Of a stretch of 64,000 nt of DNA, positions 8,942 through 17,159 are shown one piece after another (the first letter of the stretch is position 1; each line of letters begins with the position of its first letter). Under the pieces are notes generated by a model. That model worked only from the letters and a program-made list of their open reading frames with translations. It had not been told where the DNA came from and searched no databases. The stretch covers positions 64,001 to 128,000 of IMG/VR virus record IMGVR_UViG_3300033146_004128; one strand, 5' to 3'. Source of the DNA: a virus. The position numbers were made by a program, and so were the translations under genes.

Positions 8942-8956
8942 CTGTATAATTTACAG
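8942..8956 (+). promoter_or_regulatory. -10 element TATAAT (8945-8950) overlapped by inverted repeat CTGTA-n5-TACAG
   Basis: Intergenic gap upstream of ATG 8974 and its AAGGA RBS. Confidence 0.5.
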
Positions 8957-8973
8957 ATAAAAAGGAATATAAT

Positions 8974-9882
8974 ATGTCAAAATTTATGACCAGTGTAATT
9001 ATAAGGGGAGGGATAAACTTCTTGGGTAAACATCTATTAAACAGAGAAGGACCTCTCCAATCAACAATAGATGCAAGCGACCCCGCATCATGGACGTATA
9101 CAGGGAGTCAATTTTCATTTTCAGAAGGTACATTCAGCAGTACAAACCACTCTCATCGCTCAACATCTAGTATGAGCATGACAGTTCCACTGCTTAGTTT
9201 CATTAGACTTAAGTGGAGAGTAAGCTCAGAGGGCGGATGGGATTATATAAATATTTACATAAACGGAGAGAGAGTGATAAGAAGGTCAGGAGACAGTGGC
9301 TGGACTGACTTCAACTACACTGTAGATGGAGAACCACTTGAAAATGCAACTATAAAGATAGAATATTACAAGGATGGTAGTGTATCTAGAGGAGAAGATA
9401 GATGTCAAGTGAAAGATATAGTCGTGTCTGGACCAACTGTGTTTGGACCTCCTCCATGGAGACTTATGCATCAGTTCGCCTCAAATACCGGTGCACCTCC
9501 ATACCCTAACGAAGTCAGCCTTAATGGGGCTCACGAGGCAATCAATACACACGCCAAGCTTGACGCTGCAGGAATAACACACTCGTTGAGCCATTATAAC
9601 TATTCAGGCTATACTAGACCGGCAAACTACCTTCAGGCATTCAGAAGCGGATCACCTCAAGGATATATAGAAGTCACTATGCCAGTTGGATTCACTGAGA
9701 TGAAAGTAGAGTGGGGAAACTGGTATAGTGGACATGTGTTCCTTAAAGTTAATGGGACAACAATAAAGACTCTTTCTCCAAACCAGAAAGCAGATGTTGA
9801 AGAGTTCGCATGCTCCTCAGGCAGCAAGGTTAGAATACAAGAGGATGGGATTCTTTTTGTGAAAGCAATATGGGTACGATGA
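8974..9882 (+). CDS. Putative virion surface protein with jelly-roll/carbohydrate-binding-like domains
   Basis: LKWRVSSEGGWDYINIYING...IKIEYYKDGSVSRGED resembles a secreted beta-sandwich module; second beta-rich domain at the C-terminus. Confidence 0.5.
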   Translation: MSKFMTSVIIRGGINFLGKHLLNREGPLQSTIDASDPASWTYTGSQFSFSEGTFSSTNHSHRSTSSMSMTVPLLSFIRLKWRVSSEGGWDYINIYINGERVIRRSGDSGWTDFNYTVDGEPLENATIKIEYYKDGSVSRGEDRCQVKDIVVSGPTVFGPPPWRLMHQFASNTGAPPYPNEVSLNGAHEAINTHAKLDAAGITHSLSHYNYSGYTRPANYLQAFRSGSPQGYIEVTMPVGFTEMKVEWGNWYSGHVFLKVNGTTIKTLSPNQKADVEEFACSSGSKVRIQEDGILFVKAIWVR

Positions 9883-9883
9883 T

Positions 9884-10174
9884 ATGTATGATAAAGAAGC
9901 ATTAAGTATGAAGCTTACGGCAATGAAGAGACTGCAGAGTAAGTACGCTGGTCTTGCCAGTGAAGCCACTGAGCAAGCAAACATAATAAAGAGTATAGAT
10001 GGGGCAAGCAAAGAGGCTCTGAACTATGCCAGGATCGGAGAGAGCAGCGAAAAGAAACTGTACTCTCTTAGAGACAAGATAAAAAGTAAGGTATCAAAGA
10101 GATACAAGAAGATATACAAGACAGAGCCAACCATGCTAGGAAAGCTTACTCGGCTCATACAAGGTAAGAAGTAA
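9884..10174 (+). CDS. Basic helical hypothetical protein
   Basis: 96 aa ORF tightly packed between neighbours. Confidence 0.6.
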   Translation: MYDKEALSMKLTAMKRLQSKYAGLASEATEQANIIKSIDGASKEALNYARIGESSEKKLYSLRDKIKSKVSKRYKKIYKTEPTMLGKLTRLIQGKK

Positions 10175-10620
10175 TGGCAGCAAGGACAGAAAGAAGAGAG
10201 CCAACCGAGGCAGAGATACAAAAGGCTATCATGCAGTACCTGGCCACTAGGAAGAAGATGGTATTTTGGAGGCAAAACTCAGGATCATTTGTTGCTCCAG
10301 TATTACGTGCCATCGCTGCAGTCTTAGTCAAGTTTGGACTAGGCAAAAAGAAGATGGCTATCATGGCAGCCGTAAAGAAGGCTGCAGGTCACTATAAGTG
10401 TACAAGTGAACCAGGCATACCTGACATAACAGCAATATATCGTGGTGTATACGTTGGTCTTGAGGTGAAGACAAAGGTTGGAAGACTTACTAAGGACCAA
10501 AAGGTGATGCACGACAGAATGCACAAAAATGGTGTCAAGGTTGTCATTGTAAGAAGTGTTGATGAAGTGAAGATGGTGCTTGCTGACATAGACGAACTCT
10601 TTGAGAGAAGTGGTGCATAG
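10174..10620 (+). CDS. VRR-NUC domain nuclease (PD-(D/E)xK fold)
   Basis: TEAEIQKAIMQYL...GIPDITAIYRGVYVGLEVKTKVGRLTKDQK...VVIVRSVDEV matches the VRR-NUC pattern. Confidence 0.85.
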   Translation: MAARTERREPTEAEIQKAIMQYLATRKKMVFWRQNSGSFVAPVLRAIAAVLVKFGLGKKKMAIMAAVKKAAGHYKCTSEPGIPDITAIYRGVYVGLEVKTKVGRLTKDQKVMHDRMHKNGVKVVIVRSVDEVKMVLADIDELFERSGA

Positions 10621-10621
10621 C

Positions 10622-11269
10622 ATGAGCTACAGTAATCTAAGCAAGTGGATCAGTGACAAGTTTGGCGACATAGAGGTGAAAACATTGTCGTCTCTATCTG
10701 TGTGCATATATGGGACATATAGCATAGATATAGAGATGAGTTCTGAAGGAATGAGACTGGTATCAGACAGGGATCTCAATCTTCCTGTTATAGGACCAAA
10801 AGAAGGAATAGGTTGTGAAGAGATAGCCGGCTTCAGAGTCAAGGGCGCTACAGAACTCAGGAATATAGATATACTATTTGATATGAGTGATGTGTCAAAG
10901 TCTTCATTATTCATACAGAGAGGAGCAAAGCATACGTATCCGGACTCAGGAGTTGGTGTGATAGTAAATGCTGACATAAGCCTTGCTATATTCATAGCTT
11001 GGTACTTGTCTATTGATGAGGTGTCAACACACATAAACAATGAAGATGATGTTATAAAGGCACTAGAGATGCTTCCTGTTCCATTCTCTGATAAGCTAAT
11101 ACACTCAAAGTTTGTAAATGCTATAAAAAGCTCAATGGATGAAGAGGTAAGACTCATCATAAATGTAGAAGAGATGATATCTAGGGTGAAGGGGATAAGG
11201 CTTGATCTTATAGATGAAGTTCACTACTATCTCGAACATGATTGTCATTCCAATACAGACTCATTTTAG
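10622..11269 (+). CDS. Hypothetical protein
   Basis: ORF track 10601-11269. ATG 10622, directly after the upstream stop, is the more likely start. Confidence 0.6.
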   Translation: MSYSNLSKWISDKFGDIEVKTLSSLSVCIYGTYSIDIEMSSEGMRLVSDRDLNLPVIGPKEGIGCEEIAGFRVKGATELRNIDILFDMSDVSKSSLFIQRGAKHTYPDSGVGVIVNADISLAIFIAWYLSIDEVSTHINNEDDVIKALEMLPVPFSDKLIHSKFVNAIKSSMDEEVRLIINVEEMISRVKGIRLDLIDEVHYYLEHDCHSNTDSF

Positions 11270-11276
11270 ATATACT
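11264..11276 (+). promoter_or_regulatory. Candidate promoter TTTTAGA-TATACT
   Basis: -10-like TATACT upstream of ATG 11305; the same TTTTAGA prefix occurs at 30870. Confidence 0.4.
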
Positions 11277-11304
11277 ACGATAACAAGAATTTTAAGGAAA
11301 TAAC

Positions 11305-12375
11305 ATGAGTAACAAAAAAGTTTTACTATATAAAGACAAGATGGCTCCACTTACACATAGAGAATTGGATGACAACTTTGAGCTATTGGGTGCCAAGGCA
11401 GATGGAACGTTCTCTGGAGACTTTGCTATTGTGCTTGAAGGAATGAAGAGCGAAGACTATGTGAACCTTAGTAATGGTGCAGGTCACGCAAAACTGGAGG
11501 GACCTTGCCCACTATACGATAGTGACGGTAGTGCTATGTATCCTATAGAAGGTGAGATAGGAATAAAATTTGATCCTTCGACAGGAAGAAAGTCTTTTGT
11601 GTTGCTACCAAATGATGAAGATATGGCTCTATCTCCAAACGGACAGATAATTGCATCAGCAGGTGGGAGTAGAATTGTAATATCTTTTCTTGAAGATGAA
11701 AAATTTGGAGAGTTTTCGTTACCTGCTGGTTTTACCTCCCAGACATATTGTTGGTGGAAAGATGACGAAACACTATATGTAGCTGGCCACAGATATACTG
11801 ACATACTTGTACTGAAAGTTGATCTAACTAAAGACTCTCTTCTTGTGCTAGATAGTACCATGTCCGATATGTTGCCGGTAAACAAAAGAGGGGTCGTTCT
11901 TAGTGGAGACTATGCATGTTCCTATGACTATTCCAACAATAGCATTGTGACTGTTCATATTTCTACAGGTACAAAAGCGGTATTACCAGAAGAGTCAATA
12001 TCAGCTACAGCAGAATTTTTTGCCATATCTTTAATTGGGATGAAAGATAACAAGTCAATGTTTATAGGAATAGAGTATAACATGAATGAAGCTGGGGATA
12101 ATCTAGATATAGGATCCCTAGCTGTTGTTGGTATAGCCTTGGACGTGAACGGGTCTTTTACAAAGATGTATGATATGGATATGTCTGTTCTTGAGTCAGC
12201 AATGCTACTAAGCGATGATAATGAATTTGTACTTCAAAGACATGTCGTCCAAGGAAAAGAGTTCTATAAGCCTACATATCAAGAATTTTTTACAGGAATA
12301 TACATCCCAAATGAGGATAGATGTTTAGGTATAAACACGCTTTCTCAGGAGATAGCAGTTAAAAAAGGCAAATAA
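11305..12375 (+). CDS. Putative fibre/appendage protein: N-terminal KxxPLTHxELDxNF anchor motif plus beta-propeller-like region
   Basis: DKMAPLTHRELDDNF at the N-terminus; MALSPNGQIIASAG resembles a WD40-like blade. Confidence 0.5.
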   Translation: MSNKKVLLYKDKMAPLTHRELDDNFELLGAKADGTFSGDFAIVLEGMKSEDYVNLSNGAGHAKLEGPCPLYDSDGSAMYPIEGEIGIKFDPSTGRKSFVLLPNDEDMALSPNGQIIASAGGSRIVISFLEDEKFGEFSLPAGFTSQTYCWWKDDETLYVAGHRYTDILVLKVDLTKDSLLVLDSTMSDMLPVNKRGVVLSGDYACSYDYSNNSIVTVHISTGTKAVLPEESISATAEFFAISLIGMKDNKSMFIGIEYNMNEAGDNLDIGSLAVVGIALDVNGSFTKMYDMDMSVLESAMLLSDDNEFVLQRHVVQGKEFYKPTYQEFFTGIYIPNEDRCLGINTLSQEIAVKKGK

Positions 12376-12376
12376 C

Positions 12377-13171
12377 ATGACATGGATAATCACAGACCTG
12401 ACATCGAGTGGCTATGGAGTATATGTAGATCTTCCCTCTGATACAGAGGAGACCGCATGTACTGTAAAAGAGATATATACCGGGATGACATATCCGGTTG
12501 GCGATGAGTGGAGAATGGTGTCTGAGCCAATCGAAGGTCACAACGGAAGCGTTCAGGGTGGAACATACGTAGCTAATGGATATGTTGCATCGGGGTACAC
12601 AGAAATAGAGGCTGCTCCAACTTACACAGAATCAGGATATGTGGCAGCCGGATACGTTGAAGGTGGATCACCTATACCTGCTTCTTATGTGGCAGCCGGA
12701 TATGTAGCTTCTGGGTATACAGAAGGTGGAGCGGTAGTATGTACTATAGGAACCAATAATGATCTAGCTGTTGACGCAGGATTTGTTGACGCAGGCTACT
12801 TTGAAGGTGACGAGGGACAGAGTAATTATGTTGCTTCAGGATATGTTGCCAGTGGATATCTTCCTTCTGCAGACACCGCATGTGGTATCTATGTTGAAGA
12901 GGTAGAAGGAGTCTGGGAAAGATGGATAGTTGACCCAGTAGACTCTACATATGTCAGATCAGGGTTCTTCGCTGAAGACATAAACCCAACTCCATGTGTG
13001 CCATACACAGAGGAAGAAGACGATGATATGTTCAGTTCAATATACGGACTGTATCCTTTCGGGGACCAAGTACCTGCACTTCTAATAAATAAGAGCCTGA
13101 ATAGACTGTTCGGATCAAGAGTCCCAATAAAAGAGAGACCAGATATTGGCCACTCTGTACTAGGGAGATAG
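12377..13171 (+). CDS. Acidic repeat protein with tandem [YF]VxxG motifs; putative virion protein
   Basis: YVANGYVASGY, YVAAGYV, YVAAGYVASGY, FVDAGYF, YVASGYVASGY; 17-bp direct repeat TATGTGGCAGCCGGATA at 12638 and 12686. Confidence 0.55.
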   Translation: MTWIITDLTSSGYGVYVDLPSDTEETACTVKEIYTGMTYPVGDEWRMVSEPIEGHNGSVQGGTYVANGYVASGYTEIEAAPTYTESGYVAAGYVEGGSPIPASYVAAGYVASGYTEGGAVVCTIGTNNDLAVDAGFVDAGYFEGDEGQSNYVASGYVASGYLPSADTACGIYVEEVEGVWERWIVDPVDSTYVRSGFFAEDINPTPCVPYTEEEDDDMFSSIYGLYPFGDQVPALLINKSLNRLFGSRVPIKERPDIGHSVLGR

Positions 13172-13172
13172 T

Positions 13173-13676
13173 ATGGGATGGACAGACTTATTTAAGTCCA
13201 AAGAGGCAGACACTCTTAAGGACATAGACAAGATAGTAAAAGACCTAAAGGATCTTCAGTTGAGTATAATTGAGTTCACAAATGATTCCTCTATAGATAT
13301 GGAGATATCAGAGATGATAGGGAAGCTTAAGGCACAGAACCCAGAGAATGTAGATCCTGAAAAGCTTATGGAGTTTCTGGCTTATCTTAGCGACAAGACA
13401 AAAACAAAGAGTGACATGACACAGAGCCACTATACTGACACAATGATGAAGGTTATTCATGCTAAAATAGAACTGCTTGCAATATATCATACCGGTGTAG
13501 TAAGAGGTAGTGTGATAAGGCAGATATTCTCAATGTCTTCAGTATGGCCTATTCTATTCTCGCTTGTGTTTATTGTGGCTATCCTGATAGGTACACACAA
13601 GTATGATCCGTCTTTGTTTCGTGACTTAGGGATATCAGGACAAAGAACAGTAAAGACAGAAGGAACTTCAAAATGA
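13173..13676 (+). CDS. Small membrane protein (single C-terminal TM helix), first gene of the two-component operon
   Basis: VWPILFSLVFIVAILIG hydrophobic segment; ATGA overlap with the receiver gene. Confidence 0.6.
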   Translation: MGWTDLFKSKEADTLKDIDKIVKDLKDLQLSIIEFTNDSSIDMEISEMIGKLKAQNPENVDPEKLMEFLAYLSDKTKTKSDMTQSHYTDTMMKVIHAKIELLAIYHTGVVRGSVIRQIFSMSSVWPILFSLVFIVAILIGTHKYDPSLFRDLGISGQRTVKTEGTSK

Positions 13677-14305
13677 TATCTTTTTTAAGAAAAATAATGA
13701 GCCCAAGTGAAGAGACAGTAGACTCAAAGAGTATAGATGATATCCGGGAGAGAATGGCTAATCATCTTAAGGATACAAAGACTCCAGCTCTCAAATATCC
13801 AGACGGATTTGCCTCTGACAGGAAGACGGTAATTATACTTGATGACAGTGCAGGTGCAACTATGCTGTTTGATGACACGATACGAGAACTTCAAAAGAGT
13901 GGGGAGAACTGTGTAAACGAGATACAATTCGTAAAGATAAGCACACCTCAGGCAGTATTTATGCTTAAGAATGAAGTTAACAGAGGAAACTTGTCAAACA
14001 TAGTAGGTGCAGTGCTTGACATTACAATAGGAGGATATGCTATAGTTGATGGCAACACGGTTATCTTGGACGGTATCGATGCCTTTGAATTTCTTAGCTC
14101 AAGATTCCCTGAGGCAGAGATGAGGTTCTTTACTTCTCACTCTATGAACGAGAAGAACGCAGAGATATTCAGGTTTATGCAGAAATACAAGAAGCTAACT
14201 GGTGAAGACATTACAGGTAAGACATACATAAAAAATCCGTTCTCTACCAACAGAATAGACATGATGAGAGATATACTAGAGAGTATATGTAATGCAAAGA
14301 ATTAA
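13673..14305 (+). CDS. Stand-alone response-regulator receiver (CheY-like) protein with N-terminal extension
   Basis: VIILDD acidic pocket, AVLDITI phosphoacceptor Asp, LDGIDAF, FFTS Thr/Ser, YIKNPF conserved Lys; no output domain. Confidence 0.8.
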   Translation: MISFLRKIMSPSEETVDSKSIDDIRERMANHLKDTKTPALKYPDGFASDRKTVIILDDSAGATMLFDDTIRELQKSGENCVNEIQFVKISTPQAVFMLKNEVNRGNLSNIVGAVLDITIGGYAIVDGNTVILDGIDAFEFLSSRFPEAEMRFFTSHSMNEKNAEIFRFMQKYKKLTGEDITGKTYIKNPFSTNRIDMMRDILESICNAKN

Positions 14306-15704
14306 AACATTTGTTGACTCATCGAGCGTAACATTCGCTGCCAAGTTCTTCTTTATGTTCGGTATCATTTATACCCTAGTAGTGAGTATAGCATTTCTTG
14401 TAGTTGTTGACGAGTGGAAGCAATATGCGAGCAGTGGAGTATATGCTGTAGAAAAGAGCGAGGCTCATGCTATAGATGTGTGTGACATACTTCAGTGTGA
14501 GTATATAAATATTGATGGAAGTATGATATATAGGATATCAAAAGGTGAATATGACGTAAAGAAGCTTCCGGAAAATAAGGTTATGGAGGCGATAAACTCA
14601 ATCCTTACTGTCGATATACCAAGTCATACAAGTGGTGTTACATTTGGATTCTCACTAGAAAACATAATAAAATTCTATGCCAATGCCGTTACAATACTCT
14701 ATTCACTACTCATGATACTGTCATTACTCTTCCTGGTGCGTTTTTTGATTAAGAACAATATCAACAATCTAGTTCAGGGAGCAAGCACAACAGCGTCATT
14801 GCACAATAAGAATATGGCTATATTAGCAGAGCAACTTCATCATGAATTGAATACACCACTATCTGTTGTAAAAGAGCTTTGTGACAAGATATTCGTCAAC
14901 GTAGAAAGAGATGCAACATGTGGTGTTGGAGATCCAAAAAAGAGATCAGCATGCGACAAGTGTGAGGCAGCGAAAAACTACTCTCAACTTAGTGTGTACA
15001 AGAGAATAATAGACAACAATATAAAGCAAGCATTTGTATTCATAGAGAGAATGGCAGATGTAAAACAGATACGATATTCCAATGGTAATAAGAGCGTATA
15101 TGACATAACAAAAGCAACCTTTGATGTGATGGGCGTATTCAATAGAGCAAACTACTCGTTTGATGTAGATCAGAAGCTAAGAGGATACACCCTAGATCAT
15201 GCCTCCGGGCTTCAGAACCATGAGCTAATGAATATACTCCTGAACCATATTAAGAACTCTCTAGAAGCAGGGTCTAGTCATATATTCATATCCCTTAACA
15301 AGATAGAACCTCCAAAGAAAACCTCATTAGACAAGATAATACTAAAAACTATAGACATACTGAATAAGTACAATATAGGTGTACCAACATACGCATCAAT
15401 AGTAATGCTGTCTAAGATGCTTAGTCCAAAGGTTAAGTCAGGTGTAACTATTGCAAGGATAGCACTCATAGATAATGGATCAGGTATACCTAAAGAATTT
15501 CAAGCCAATATATTCAATCTTAACACGTCTACAAAAACAAAGGATGGAGTCATACGTGGCGCAGGTCTATATCTAAACAGACAGATATTAAGAGATGCCG
15601 GCGGAGACATCTGGCAACATGACACAAGTGGAAAAGGGACAACCTTCATATTGGACGTTCCAGTAGCAGCTGCCTCGAAAGAGATGTTCCTCTATGGGAC
15701 ATAA
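14292..15704 (+). CDS. Membrane sensor histidine kinase (HisKA + HATPase_c)
   Basis: Two TM segments; H-box LHHELNTPL; N-box LLNHIKNSLEA; G1 IDNGSGIP; F-box IFNLNTSTK; G2 GAGLYL; GKGTTFILDVP. Confidence 0.92.
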   Translation: MQRIKTFVDSSSVTFAAKFFFMFGIIYTLVVSIAFLVVVDEWKQYASSGVYAVEKSEAHAIDVCDILQCEYINIDGSMIYRISKGEYDVKKLPENKVMEAINSILTVDIPSHTSGVTFGFSLENIIKFYANAVTILYSLLMILSLLFLVRFLIKNNINNLVQGASTTASLHNKNMAILAEQLHHELNTPLSVVKELCDKIFVNVERDATCGVGDPKKRSACDKCEAAKNYSQLSVYKRIIDNNIKQAFVFIERMADVKQIRYSNGNKSVYDITKATFDVMGVFNRANYSFDVDQKLRGYTLDHASGLQNHELMNILLNHIKNSLEAGSSHIFISLNKIEPPKKTSLDKIILKTIDILNKYNIGVPTYASIVMLSKMLSPKVKSGVTIARIALIDNGSGIPKEFQANIFNLNTSTKTKDGVIRGAGLYLNRQILRDAGGDIWQHDTSGKGTTFILDVPVAAASKEMFLYGT

Positions 15705-15706
15705 TA

Positions 15707-15715
15707 TGATATAAT
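15707..15715 (+). promoter_or_regulatory. Extended -10 promoter element (TGaTATAAT)
   Basis: Exact TGnTATAAT upstream of the AAGGA RBS and ATG 15752. Confidence 0.7.
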
Positions 15716-15751
15716 ACATTTGTAACAAAAACACAATCTAAGGAACATATA

Positions 15752-17089
15752 ATGCCAAACGCAGAAATGGTAGCTATGCTACAACACTTAATGGCGATCA
15801 CTGGTGCTCACACTGGTACAGCGATCAAAAATGCTATAGACAATCTTGTTGGAACACACGATATTGACGTAGATGCTTTACAAGCAAAAATCCAAGTAAT
15901 ACAAGACATATTGGATGCTGACCCGTCGACCCCGGAGTTTGACCAAGCTCAGAACATAATCACTTCACTTAACTCAATCCTCTCTCGTCTTTCTATTGTA
16001 GAGACTACGATTGCACGCCTTGAAGGTGACGAAACCGTTGCTGGATCAGTAGACTTTAAAGTCGCTGCTGAAAGAGCGAGAGCTATGGCTGCCGAGCAGG
16101 CGAACGCTACATGCTGTTCAACAAATGCTGACAACCTTACAGCTCACATTGCTGCATACGATGCCTTCGTAACAGCTACGAATGCTTCACTAACAACACT
16201 TGCTAGTGACATATCTACAAATGCTCAAGCGATCTCAGATGAGACAACTCGTGCAACAGCTGCAGAAGATGCGATCAACGCTGCTATCTCGGCTATACAG
16301 ACAGCTACAGGTGCATCTGATGCAGACTTAGCAGACCTTACAGATCTTGTTGGAGACATTGTAACTGGTACCGGTCTAAACCCGGACGGCTCATTCACTC
16401 CAGACACTGCAGCCTCTGACGCTACAAACCTATACGAGTACATCCATGATGTTACTGCTGAAGGTGCTGACCGTGCGAATACGCTACGTAAAGCCATCAG
16501 ACGTCTTGCTCGTAAATCACGTCTTGCTGATGAAGCACTAGACGCTCGTCTTGACATACTTGAGGGTGATGCTTCTGTTGCCGGTTCAATCGTGCAAATT
16601 GTAACTGATGCAGTTGCTACAGAGACAGCTCGTGCTGAAGCTGCTGAAGCTGCTCTTGCTCAAGCTGTGGCAGATGAGGAAACTCGTGCCACTGCTGCTG
16701 AAGTTGCACTACAGGCACAGATCGATGATCTGTCTGGTGGTGGTGACGGTTCAATACAGTCAGTACGTGATGAAGTAGATGCTACTCAGACCGGTGCAGG
16801 CTTAGAGGCTGACGGATCGTATGTTGCTGATGCTACGACTGAGTATCTTGGTGATGCGACATCTCTCAAAGATGCCGATAAGAAGCTTGACGTTGAGATC
16901 AAAGGTCTCGAAGATCGTAAAGCTGACCGTACAGAGGTAGTTCTTTCTGCAGATATTGCAGCTATCGACTACTCAGCACTCGGAACAATCTTCCTAGATG
17001 CTCTTAACTGTGGTCTAACAGGAGGAACTGACTGTGGAACACCTAACACAACACCTGATGGTGGTGATGGAGACGGTGCTGTACTTTAA
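15752..17089 (+). CDS. Ala/Asp-rich coiled-coil repeat protein; putative abundant virion fibre
   Basis: Repeats ERARAMAAE, ETTRATAAE, ETARAEAAE, ETRATAAE; LEGDETVAGSV/LEGDASVAGSI; TGLNPDGSF/AGLEADGSY. Has its own promoter and terminator. Confidence 0.6.
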   Translation: MPNAEMVAMLQHLMAITGAHTGTAIKNAIDNLVGTHDIDVDALQAKIQVIQDILDADPSTPEFDQAQNIITSLNSILSRLSIVETTIARLEGDETVAGSVDFKVAAERARAMAAEQANATCCSTNADNLTAHIAAYDAFVTATNASLTTLASDISTNAQAISDETTRATAAEDAINAAISAIQTATGASDADLADLTDLVGDIVTGTGLNPDGSFTPDTAASDATNLYEYIHDVTAEGADRANTLRKAIRRLARKSRLADEALDARLDILEGDASVAGSIVQIVTDAVATETARAEAAEAALAQAVADEETRATAAEVALQAQIDDLSGGGDGSIQSVRDEVDATQTGAGLEADGSYVADATTEYLGDATSLKDADKKLDVEIKGLEDRKADRTEVVLSADIAAIDYSALGTIFLDALNCGLTGGTDCGTPNTTPDGGDGDGAVL

Positions 17090-17097
17090 GTCTTACA

Positions 17098-17119
17098 GAG
17101 AACTCCTTCGGGAGTTTTC
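17098..17119 (+). terminator. Probable intrinsic terminator or stabilising hairpin with cUUCGg tetraloop
   Basis: GAGAACTCC-TTCG-GGAGTTTTC, 8 nt after the stop at 17089. The U-tract is short. Confidence 0.7.
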
Positions 17120-17159
17120 GATAAGGCCTAAGCCATAGCAATAAAAACAGGAGAAAGAA

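Noticed and set aside
13173-13676. Holin call for the single-TM protein
   Set aside because: No endolysin or spanin recognised nearby, and its coupling is to the receiver/kinase genes; left unassigned.
15719-15729. Inverted repeat TTTGT-A-ACAAA downstream of the 15707 promoter
   Set aside because: Five-bp AT-rich arms are expected by chance.
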